A DNA stretch of 39,289 bases from an uncultured Candidatus Saccharibacteria bacterium. GTDB lineage: Bacteria > Patescibacteriota > Minisyncoccia > Sungbacterales > SURF-37. The stretch lies in assembly GCA_964365675.1 (NCBI GenBank), contig CAYIQX010000001.1:1-39289 (forward strand), read 5' to 3'. Numbering within the stretch: the first letter of the stretch is position 1; each line of letters opens with the position of its first letter. The notes beneath the pieces were generated by a model. It ran no database searches. It was not told the DNA's origin and saw only the letters and a program-made list of their open reading frames with translations. This document shows positions 24,037 to 31,548 of the stretch, one piece after another. Position numbers and translations under genes: made by a program.

Positions 24037-24321
24037 ATGGTCGTCCGAATGCGCCATACCAGTTCCGCGACGCGCCAGCGCCGCTCGCACCACGCCCTAA
24101 AGGCGGGGGCGCATTCGCTTTGTTCACACTGCAAAAAAAGCGTCCTGCCGCATACCATCTGCCACAACTGCGGCTGGTACAAAGGCCGGCAGGTGTTTGA
24201 CGTCCTGGCCAAGCTCGACAAGAAGGAACGGAAGAAAAAAGAGAAGGAACTGCATGCGCATGAGAAGGAGACGGCGGGAAAAAGAGAAAAGCTGTCCGCA
24301 GAAGAACTGTCCCATAGATAG
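24037..24321 (+). CDS. rpmF: 50S ribosomal protein L32 with a Lys/Glu-rich C-terminal extension
   Basis: RHTSSATRQRRSHHALKAGAHSLCSHCKKSVLPHTICHNCGWYKGRQV (CxxC...CxxC zinc ribbon), then KLDKKERKKKEKELHAHEKE... Confidence 0.88.
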   Translation: MVVRMRHTSSATRQRRSHHALKAGAHSLCSHCKKSVLPHTICHNCGWYKGRQVFDVLAKLDKKERKKKEKELHAHEKETAGKREKLSAEELSHR

Positions 24322-24408
24322 CGACGCCAATATGCGAATGGCATGCGAATTTTGCGAATCCGTTTCTATTAGCGTCATTCGCGTGAAATTAGCATATTAG
24401 CGTCGCCT
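24320..24408. repeat. Repeat family R2 (TGCGAAT hairpin), copy B
   Basis: Outer inverted repeat GCGACGCCAATATGC (24321-24335) / GCATATTAGCGTCGC (24392-24406). TGCGAAT occurs three times (24333, 24344, 24353) and ATTCGCG at 24377. Confidence 0.8.
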
Positions 24409-24412
24409 TGCT

Positions 24413-25306
24413 ATGGCTTCACGTCACCTCGCCCGCTCCATCGCTATGCAGTCCCTCTATGAGTGGGACTTCAATGGCCAGGCAACGGACGCAATTGATG
24501 AGATAATCAGGAAGAACATGGGTGAATTCGGTCCGGGCCTGGACGACAAGGATTTCCCGCGCCAACTCGTGCAAGGAGTACTAGAGAAGCTACCGCAGCT
24601 CGACAAGATCATCGAGAAAGCCGCGCCGGAATGGCCCATCGGCCAGATAGCGGTGGTAGACCGGAACGTGCTGCGCCTCGGCCTTTGGGAGCTTCTCTTC
24701 GGGGATCACGCCGCCGTGCCGCCGAAAGTCGCCATTAACGAGGCCATTGAGCTTGCCAAAAGCTTTGGCGGAGAATCATCGGGTAAATTCGTGAACGGCG
24801 TCCTCGGCACCGTCTACCGGGAGCTGGGAGAGCCCGGTAAGGAGCACCCCAAGCGGGGCGAGGCCATGGCGGCCAAGGAGGAGGATTATGTCGGCGCTGT
24901 TGTATTCCGCCGCGAGGGGAATAACATCCTCTGGGCGATGATCCACGACATTTTTAAACATTGGACATTCGTGAAAGGGCATAAGAAGCCGGACGAGACC
25001 GCCGAGGCGGGGGCGCTGCGCGAAGTAAAAGAGGAGATCGGTCTCGAAGGCAAGGCGATCGGCGTACTGGGACAAAATTCCTACTCGGCGAAAAACGAGG
25101 CCGGAGAGCCAGTCATCCGAAAGGTGAATTACTTCCTTGTGGGGACTGATGAAGAAAAGCTTACGATCGAAAAAGGCGCAGGCATTGTGGAGGCCCAATG
25201 GTTCCCCATGGAACAAGTATCAGAGACCAAACACTATGCCGATACGAACCACATCATCGAAGCGGCGATGGAAAAAATAAACAGTCAAAAGCCAAAGACA
25301 GAATGA
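24413..25306 (+). CDS. nusB: NusB antitermination factor fused to a C-terminal NUDIX hydrolase domain
   Basis: The N-terminal ~140 aa are NusB-like (ARSIAMQSLYEWDF...VDRNVLRLGLWELLF...VAINEAIELAKSFG...FVNGVLG). The C-terminus carries the Nudix box GHKKPDETAEAGALREVKEEIGL (24977-25045). Confidence 0.8.
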   Translation: MASRHLARSIAMQSLYEWDFNGQATDAIDEIIRKNMGEFGPGLDDKDFPRQLVQGVLEKLPQLDKIIEKAAPEWPIGQIAVVDRNVLRLGLWELLFGDHAAVPPKVAINEAIELAKSFGGESSGKFVNGVLGTVYRELGEPGKEHPKRGEAMAAKEEDYVGAVVFRREGNNILWAMIHDIFKHWTFVKGHKKPDETAEAGALREVKEEIGLEGKAIGVLGQNSYSAKNEAGEPVIRKVNYFLVGTDEEKLTIEKGAGIVEAQWFPMEQVSETKHYADTNHIIEAAMEKINSQKPKTE

Positions 25307-25346
25307 CGAAAGCCCCAGCGAACGTTCGGCTTTCAGCGTTGTGACC

Positions 25347-26036
25347 ATGGATCTCTCGGCACTTGAATCTAAAATCGGCATCACCTTTCAGAATAAGGAC
25401 CTCCTGGAGCAGGCCCTGGTGCATCGTTCCTATCTGAACGAAAACCCAACCTTCCGATTGTCACATAATGAACGCCTGGAATTCCTCGGCGACGCGGTAC
25501 TCGAACTCATCGTTACCGAAGCGCTCTACCGGGAATTTCCGGCGAGGCCCGAAGGAGAACTGACCAGCTTGCGGGCGGCCTTGGTGAATTCAAGGATGCT
25601 TGCCGAACTGGGGGAGGAGATCGGATTGAATGATTTCCTCAAGCTCTCTCGGGGCGAGACCAAAGATGTCGGGCGCGCACGCCAGTTTATTCTCGCCAAC
25701 ACCTTTGAAGCGCTTATCGGCGCTCTCTATCTCGATGGCGGCTATGATCCCGCCAAGCGCTTTATCGAAGGCGTGCTCTTGGCGCGCCTGTCGGATGTCA
25801 TTTCAAGAGAGCTGTATAGGGACCCGAAGTCCCTTTTCCAGGAAGAAGCGCAGGAACGGGTCGGCATTACGCCGACCTACATGGTAATGCAGGACTGGGG
25901 CCCTGACCATGACAAACATTTCGTCATCGGCGCGTATCTGGGGCGGGAGCTCGTTGCCCAGGGCGAAGGCCCCTCAAAGCAAACGGCCCAGGAGGAAGCC
26001 GCTCGGCAAGCTCTCGCGGCCAAGGGATGGGGGTGA
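25347..26036 (+). CDS. rnc: Ribonuclease III
   Basis: HRSY...NERLEFLGDAVLELIV signature, ...FEALIGALYLDGG, and a C-terminal dsRBD (GPDHDKHFVIGAYL...GEGPSKQTAQEEAA). An alternative GTG start lies at 25341. Confidence 0.93.
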   Translation: MDLSALESKIGITFQNKDLLEQALVHRSYLNENPTFRLSHNERLEFLGDAVLELIVTEALYREFPARPEGELTSLRAALVNSRMLAELGEEIGLNDFLKLSRGETKDVGRARQFILANTFEALIGALYLDGGYDPAKRFIEGVLLARLSDVISRELYRDPKSLFQEEAQERVGITPTYMVMQDWGPDHDKHFVIGAYLGRELVAQGEGPSKQTAQEEAARQALAAKGWG

Positions 26037-26038
26037 CT

Positions 26039-26656
26039 TTAGTATCCTCTCTCCAGGACTGCCGTGTCGGCATCGTTGAACTGGTTTTTATCAGTGGATG
26101 GATTCCAGGAAAATACGCTCACCGTTACCGGGTTCTCGCCGGTCTTATTTAATTCTCCAAACCCGAGCGTGAAGCGGCGTCCCTCACCGGGCCCGAGCGG
26201 CAGCTGGACGGGCGACGTGTAACGACCGTCAAGCGTAGGAAGATTTGCCGTGAACTGCCAGCGATCGGATGCTAATGTACCGACATTCACCACGGTGAAT
26301 ACGATAACCGGGCGCTCACCGGCCTGAACGGAATTGGCATGGAGAAAACCGGCGCCACCGCCGGTAGAGATACCGGTATCGATAACGCGGACCGAAAGGT
26401 CGGCCATCGGCTCCGGCGCTGAAGTCATGACCGGCGCGGGCGACCTTGGGCTGGGGAAAATCCGCAGCGGTGTTGGGGGAACGGGCGGAACTGTCACCTC
26501 GGGGACGGTAATGCCGGCGGCAAGGGACTCGGCTGTTGCGCCTTCAGTACGATAACGGGCAAGTTTTACCATACCAATAACTCCGGCGGCCACGAGCGAA
26601 AGCACACCAATGACCGCAAACACCGCCATGACTATTTCGGAACGAGAATACTGCAT
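26039..26656 (-). CDS. Hypothetical N-terminally anchored protein with a beta-sandwich-like (CARDB-like?) C-terminal domain
   Basis: TM segment IVMAVFAVIGVLSLVAAGVIGMV, a Pro-rich linker, then VIVFTVVNVGTLASDRWQFTANLP...GEGRRFTLGF. Confidence 0.55.
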   Translation of the reverse strand: MQYSRSEIVMAVFAVIGVLSLVAAGVIGMVKLARYRTEGATAESLAAGITVPEVTVPPVPPTPLRIFPSPRSPAPVMTSAPEPMADLSVRVIDTGISTGGGAGFLHANSVQAGERPVIVFTVVNVGTLASDRWQFTANLPTLDGRYTSPVQLPLGPGEGRRFTLGFGELNKTGENPVTVSVFSWNPSTDKNQFNDADTAVLERGY

Positions 26657-26797
26657 GGTGCCAATATTATGATATTTAAGTATAAAAAGTCAATACTATC
26701 GAGGCAACCCCGCTCGCTTCTTGCTGGGAAAATTATTCTATGATAAGGAGTAAGAGCGTGTACGCCGCAGGAAAATTGGCAACGAAAGGAGGTCCGA

Positions 26798-27511
26798 ATG
26801 CAGAAGGAGAACTTCCGTCATGCGGCACTGCTTCTCACCCTGGCCGTGTTCCTGACCGGATGCGCCATTTTCTCCAAGCCCTCCGCCGAGATCCCAGCAC
26901 CAGCCGCAACTGCCCGTCCAGCCGATCTCCTAATCCGGATCCGCATGCTCAAGGGGGATCCTGCCGCACGGACTCTGGTGGGCGAGGCCGCGGGAAAACA
27001 GCACGGCCGCGAAGCCGGCCCGTCCATCCGGCTTACCGCGCGTGAGGGCAAGATCCAGCCACATCCGGGGCGCTTCCGATTCACTGTTGAGCTCCGCGAT
27101 TTCACCTACGAGCGAATGCGCGGCGGGACCATCCGGCTAAGCCGCGTAGTCGACGGAGAGCTCCAGCTCCGGGCAGTGCCCATACCTAAGGATTTTGGCC
27201 TGCCGGACAGTCAGGGCCGTCCTCAGCACCGCTTCGAAGTGGAGGTCTTGAACGGCGACGGCCTCATGGAGATTCATAACGACTGGGCCAATGCTGATTC
27301 CGTGCTGGCCGTCCGAGCACCCGATGAAGTCGGACGGCTCTTCCGACCCTATCCGCCCTATCGCGTGCTCTCAACCTGTACCCGCCAGCTCGTCGCCAGC
27401 CACCAGTGCGGGAAATACCGCGATACGAGCGTGGGCGAGCTCCTGAATTTGGTTCGCCACGATGAGGACCGGGTCACAACGGTGCTCTTTATCACCCACG
27501 TGGAAAAGTAG
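26798..27511 (+). CDS. Lipoprotein (237 aa), compositional outlier
   Basis: Lipobox FLTGC in MQKENFRHAALLLTLAVFLTGCAI. SD AAAGGAGGT lies 5 nt upstream. No family recognised. Confidence 0.65.
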   Translation: MQKENFRHAALLLTLAVFLTGCAIFSKPSAEIPAPAATARPADLLIRIRMLKGDPAARTLVGEAAGKQHGREAGPSIRLTAREGKIQPHPGRFRFTVELRDFTYERMRGGTIRLSRVVDGELQLRAVPIPKDFGLPDSQGRPQHRFEVEVLNGDGLMEIHNDWANADSVLAVRAPDEVGRLFRPYPPYRVLSTCTRQLVASHQCGKYRDTSVGELLNLVRHDEDRVTTVLFITHVEK

Positions 27512-27516
27512 CGTCG

Positions 27517-27547
27517 GGCGGGAGGCCGAGGCCTCCCGCCATTTTTT
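27517..27547 (+). terminator. Intrinsic terminator of cassette 4
   Basis: GGCGGGAGGC [cgag] GCCTCCCGCC, followed by ATTTTTT. Confidence 0.8.
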
Positions 27548-27559
27548 CTCCCAATTTCC

Positions 27560-28393
27560 ATGCCAGCAAATTTTGCAAGAATTACCGTCATAAGCGCCGT
27601 CATCGCTGTTCTGCCGCTTTTGGCTCTGGCCGATGACGATTTTGGAGGCGTTTTCTCTGGCAGTGATTTCGGCGGCATCTCCGGAAGTGATGCCGGCGGT
27701 GTATTCGAATTCCCATCCTTTGACGATGGCGGAATTGATATAGGTGGGTTCTTCGGCAGTGATGCCGGCGGGGTTTCCATCACGGATGATAGTATTGTTT
27801 TTGGTGGCGATGCGGGTGACGTAGAGACAAGTCCTGACGTCGGCGACGTTCTCTTCGGGGATTTCGGTGGGTTTTCCGTTTTCGATGAAAGCACTGATGT
27901 CGGCGGCATTGCCGCCTTTGGCGGAGTATCGGGATTTGATGGTACTTCGATATCTTCCACCTCGTTCGGAACATTTTTCGGATCTCCGGCAGAATTTACC
28001 GGCGGCGCCGAACCCACCGATAGCGGAACCGTTGTCATTGCCGAGAGCCCGGTCGAGCCGCCGCCATTTGCCGGTGAGCCGTTTTTTGCCGCCGCCGAGC
28101 CCGCACCCTTCGTCTTCGCCGGCGCCGAGCCCCTTGGTATTGTCGCCGTCTCTCACGCCATTCAACCGGCGGTCTCATCCCGTTCCACGGTCACGCTCTC
28201 GCAAATACCCTATACCGGCATCGGGAGCGTATTCACGACCGTACTCTTCATTCTTGCCGTTTTTGTCCTAAGCGGCATTGTGGCATATTTCCTCACGAGA
28301 GCCATGCATAGGCGTCGGGAGCGCACCAAACGCCTCACTCCCGTGAGGCCAACGGCTCCAAAGGCCATCCGACCGGTTTTTGCCGGATGGTAG
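27560..28393 (+). CDS. Secreted Asp/Gly/Phe-rich repeat protein with a C-terminal IPYTG-TM-basic tail
   Basis: Signal peptide ITVISAVIAVLPLLALA. Degenerate (S)GSD(A/F)GG(V/I) repeats. C-terminus LSQIPYTGIGSVFTTVLFILAVFVLSGIVAYFLTRAMHRRRER... Confidence 0.6.
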   Translation: MPANFARITVISAVIAVLPLLALADDDFGGVFSGSDFGGISGSDAGGVFEFPSFDDGGIDIGGFFGSDAGGVSITDDSIVFGGDAGDVETSPDVGDVLFGDFGGFSVFDESTDVGGIAAFGGVSGFDGTSISSTSFGTFFGSPAEFTGGAEPTDSGTVVIAESPVEPPPFAGEPFFAAAEPAPFVFAGAEPLGIVAVSHAIQPAVSSRSTVTLSQIPYTGIGSVFTTVLFILAVFVLSGIVAYFLTRAMHRRRERTKRLTPVRPTAPKAIRPVFAGW

Positions 28394-28472
28394 CAAAAAA
28401 TATCGCGCCATCTATCCCCCCGTGATAGTATAAAAAGGCCGGCGCATCACCGGCGCTTTTCGATAGAGTGAT

Positions 28473-30668
28473 ATGCGGCTCACTAACCTGACCCTTTCCG
28501 GATTCAAATCCTTCGCCCGTACGACCTCCTTTGAATTCTCCGTCCCGGCGAGCGCCATTGTCGGCCCGAACGGTTCCGGGAAGTCGAACGTGGCCGAGGC
28601 CATCCGTTGGGTGCTCGGCGAGCAATCCATGAAGACGCTGCGCGGCCGGAGGGGCGAGGACCTTATTTTCAATGGCTCACCGAGCGTACCGCGCATGGGC
28701 AAGGCCGCCGTAGCGCTCCATTTTGACAATCGCGACCATTTCATCCCCCTTGATTTCGAGGAAGTCCTGCTCGAGCGGAAAATATTCCGCGACGGCACGA
28801 ACGAGTATTACCTGAACGGCTCCCAGGTCCGCTTGAAGGATATCGTGGAACTGCTGGCTAAAATCGGCCTCGGCGAAACAAAGCACAACATCATCGGCCA
28901 GGGCGAAGTTGACCGCATACTCGCCGCCTCGCCGCGTGAGCGGAGGGATCTCCTCGAAGAAGCCATCGGGCTCCGGCTGTATCAATTGAAAAAACGCGAA
29001 TCCGAACGAAAACTCGAGGAAACCGATGAGAATACCGAACAGGTTTCCCTACTCCTGAAGGAGATACGCCCGCATCTTAAATTCCTGAAATCACAGGCCG
29101 AGAAAGCAGAGAAGCGCGAGGCCGTACGAGCAGAACTTGGGGAATATGTGCGCGCCTATGTCCGGGCGGAAAGCGCACTCATTGCCGGGGCCCGGGAACG
29201 CCTCAAGGAAGAGGCGGCCCCGGCGGAGGAAAAATTACAGCATCTTCTCGAAGAGACTGCTCGCTTGGCACGGGATATAGAAAATACCGAGAGAGGGGAT
29301 GGCAGCGCCGGAGCACTGCGGGAGAAAGAAGAGGAGCTTGCCGAACTCGGATCCAAACGGCGCGAACTCGAGCGGGAACTCGGTCGTATTGAAGGCCGGC
29401 TTGAAACTGCGCCCCCGCGCATGCGCGGCCGGGAACGCGTGGGACTCGTCGAGGTCGAAGCCGCCCTCGACCCCATAATCGCCGAACTGAAAGAAGCCGC
29501 GCTACTGGATACTATTTCCGCCCTCAAAGAGCGCCTCCGCGCCATTTCTACCGCGCTGGAACGGGCGGTTTCCGCGCTGAAACGGGCCGGTGGGGATACT
29601 GCAGACGGCAATACTGCCCATGTTCCCGATCTCAAAGCCGAACGGGACCGCGCCCAAAAAGAAAAAGAACTTGTACTGCTAAATGTCGCACTCGAAACGG
29701 TCCGGAAAGGCCTTGGCGCGCATATCCAAAACGTGGGCCAGGCGCAAATGGGGCTCCGCGAGCGCTTTCAAAAGCTCCGCGAACGGGAGGATGAGGCCAA
29801 CGTGCTGCGAACCGCCCTGCAACGGATCTCCTTTGAGCGGGAAAAACTTGGACTTCGCGAAAACGACTTTAACCGCATAATCGAGGAAAGCGGATTTGAG
29901 CGCCATGAACTTAAAAAACATGAGACGCTGCTGTCCCCGCTCTCGTCCGAGGAGCTAAAAAAGAAGATAGAACGCTTGCGGGCGCGCCTTGAGGAAATAG
30001 GCGGCATTGATGAGACGGTTCTGAAAGAATATCACAATACCAGGACCCGGCATGATTTCCTTGAGCGCGAATTAAATGATCTTGCCGCCGCGAGCAAAGA
30101 CCTCCGCGAACTCATAACCAAACTCGAGGATCGCATTGAGCGCGACTTCCAGGCCGGATTTGCAAAAATAAAAGGCGAGTTCCATAATTACTTCCGCATT
30201 ATATTTGGCGGCGGCAAAGGCGTGCTTGCCTATGTGCCGCTGAAAAAAACTGCGGGAGCAAACGGCGAGGAGGGAGAGGAGAATGGCAATGCCTCGGAGG
30301 GAGAAACGGACTATGGCATTGATATCGAAGTGGACCTGCCGCGAAAACGCATCAAGGGACTGGCCATGCTTTCGGGCGGAGAGCGGGCGCTGGTATCTAT
30401 CGCGCTTCTCTTTGCCATCACCGCGGTAAACCCGCCGCCGTTCCTGGTGCTGGATGAGACCGATGCCGCGCTTGACGAGGCGAACTCTCAAAAATACGGC
30501 GCCATTCTAAAAGAGCTCGCCGCGAAAACCCAGCTCATTTTAATTACCCACAACCGCGAAACCATGCAGCAGGCCGGCATCCTCTACGGCGTCACGATGG
30601 GGGAGGATGGTATGTCTAAAATACTCTCGCTCAAACTCGAAGAGGCCAAGGCCTACGGGAATCATTAA
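28473..30668 (+). CDS. smc: SMC-family chromosome segregation ATPase, short form (731 aa)
   Basis: MRLTNLTLSGFKSFA..IVGPNGSGKSNVAEAIRWVLGEQS (Walker A head). About 450 aa of E/R/A/L-rich coiled coil. C-terminal LSGGERALVSIALLFAI..FLVLDETDAALD. Confidence 0.8.
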   Translation: MRLTNLTLSGFKSFARTTSFEFSVPASAIVGPNGSGKSNVAEAIRWVLGEQSMKTLRGRRGEDLIFNGSPSVPRMGKAAVALHFDNRDHFIPLDFEEVLLERKIFRDGTNEYYLNGSQVRLKDIVELLAKIGLGETKHNIIGQGEVDRILAASPRERRDLLEEAIGLRLYQLKKRESERKLEETDENTEQVSLLLKEIRPHLKFLKSQAEKAEKREAVRAELGEYVRAYVRAESALIAGARERLKEEAAPAEEKLQHLLEETARLARDIENTERGDGSAGALREKEEELAELGSKRRELERELGRIEGRLETAPPRMRGRERVGLVEVEAALDPIIAELKEAALLDTISALKERLRAISTALERAVSALKRAGGDTADGNTAHVPDLKAERDRAQKEKELVLLNVALETVRKGLGAHIQNVGQAQMGLRERFQKLREREDEANVLRTALQRISFEREKLGLRENDFNRIIEESGFERHELKKHETLLSPLSSEELKKKIERLRARLEEIGGIDETVLKEYHNTRTRHDFLERELNDLAAASKDLRELITKLEDRIERDFQAGFAKIKGEFHNYFRIIFGGGKGVLAYVPLKKTAGANGEEGEENGNASEGETDYGIDIEVDLPRKRIKGLAMLSGGERALVSIALLFAITAVNPPPFLVLDETDAALDEANSQKYGAILKELAAKTQLILITHNRETMQQAGILYGVTMGEDGMSKILSLKLEEAKAYGNH

Positions 30669-30723
30669 TGCTTGACCCGGTTTTCTTAAGAGACCTCGAA
30701 AACTCGTTAAAAATCTATATTTT

Positions 30724-30875
30724 CTGGCAGAGCACCGCGGGCGTAAGCCCGCGGGTGAATGCCAGCCCAGAGCGAAGCGGAGGAAAATACATAGACCCAG
30801 CAATTGTGCCAAGCGTATGCGCATTTGGCAAAATTGCTGGAAAGTGCGTAGCACCACGGCCGGAAGGCCGTGGGT
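30724..30875 (+). ncRNA. Candidate structured RNA: three consecutive hairpins, two capped by GNRA tetraloops (strand uncertain)
   Basis: Hairpin 1, 30724-30765: CTGGCA/TGCCAG outer stem plus a 10-bp inner stem and a GTAA loop. Hairpin 2, 30797-30840: 9+6+3 bp. Hairpin 3, 30853-30875: 8 bp with a GGAA loop. There is no credible ORF. Confidence 0.35.
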
Positions 30876-30888
30876 CTCTATAAAAATT

Positions 30889-30934
30889 CCATGTTAACAA
30901 TTTTTTGGCGGTCGCTTTAAAATTATTAACATGG
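30889..30934. repeat. Inverted-repeat family P2, copy 2
   Basis: CCATGTTAACAATTTT [14-nt loop containing CGGTCG] AAAATTATTAACATGG, with one arm mismatch. Confidence 0.85.
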
Positions 30935-30969
30935 ATTTTCCGCGGCATATCGAAAAACCCCTTGCGCCC

Positions 30970-30998
30970 TTGACAACAAACCATACTTCGTGATACTA
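30970..30998 (+). promoter_or_regulatory. Canonical sigma70 promoter of cassette 5
   Basis: TTGACA (30970-30975), 17 nt ending in TG, ATACTA (30993-30998). Confidence 0.55.
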
Positions 30999-31045
30999 CT
31001 TTCCACGGCGATCCAGTACGACTCAATGAGATGAGGAGGGATCAC

Positions 31046-31483
31046 ATGCCACACCGTGGCTACGGCGACGAGGAGGACGAGCGCCTCAGACGGCTCGTTC
31101 AGCGTAACGGCCTGAAGCCGGCGGGCTGGGTGAAAACCACTCGCTCCTTCAACCGCCGGTTCGGCAATCCCAAGCGGACGGGCGGAGCGCTCAAGGCCGA
31201 GTTCTACCGGCTCAAACGCATCGGCGACAAAGGACAGCATCAACGGGACGGTAAGGGTACGTGGCTACGCTTCAAGACCTGGGGTGATCGGGTTCTCGCG
31301 CGGGCGGGGACTCTGGGCGCGGAAGTCGCCGCACTGCGTGCCGAGAACCGCAAGTTCCGCAGGGAGGCAAAATCCCTCCGCGTACGGGCGGAGGCCGCCG
31401 AGGCCGCCAACCGCAGGATCGAGCAGGCGCTCGGCGCAGCCAAGCGACGGGCCGAGAAGGCCATGGTCGTCCACGCGAAGTAG
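31046..31483 (+). CDS. Small Myb/SANT-like plus coiled-coil protein (145 aa), compositional outlier
   Basis: The second ATG (31046) has SD GAGGAGGG 5 nt upstream. GYGDEEDERLRRLVQRNGLKPAGW...RTGGALKAEFYRLKRIG resembles a Myb/SANT repeat. The C-terminus is an Ala/Arg/Glu coiled coil. Confidence 0.5.
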   Translation: MPHRGYGDEEDERLRRLVQRNGLKPAGWVKTTRSFNRRFGNPKRTGGALKAEFYRLKRIGDKGQHQRDGKGTWLRFKTWGDRVLARAGTLGAEVAALRAENRKFRREAKSLRVRAEAAEAANRRIEQALGAAKRRAEKAMVVHAK

Positions 31484-31501
31484 AAATAGGTGTAGATCTT
31501 G

Positions 31502-31531
31502 CAGCTCCGCAGATTCCGGCGGAGCTGTTTT
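31502..31531. terminator. Intrinsic terminator of cassette 5, between convergent genes
   Basis: CAGCTCCGC (31502-31510) pairs with GCGGAGCTG (31519-31527), followed by TTTT. Confidence 0.7.
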
Positions 31532-31548
31532 CATTTTATCCTTGACGA

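Noticed and set aside
27358-28165. Two long minus-strand ORFs (226 and 264 aa) antisense to the Asp/Gly/Phe-rich protein and the end of cassette 4.
   Set aside because: They overlap each other and the plus-strand genes, which have signal peptides, a terminator and sensible boundaries. Their sequences are low-complexity artefacts.
30853-30875. The GGAA-capped hairpin as the SRP (4.5S) RNA apical domain.
   Set aside because: The conserved flanking internal-loop residues of SRP domain IV (..GGUCC GGAA GGAAGCAGCC..) are absent. Only the tetraloop matches.
30668-30883. 71-aa plus-strand ORF immediately after smc.
   Set aside because: It coincides with three strong GNRA-capped hairpins and has no SD, start context or protein-like composition. 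It is better treated as a structured non-coding region.
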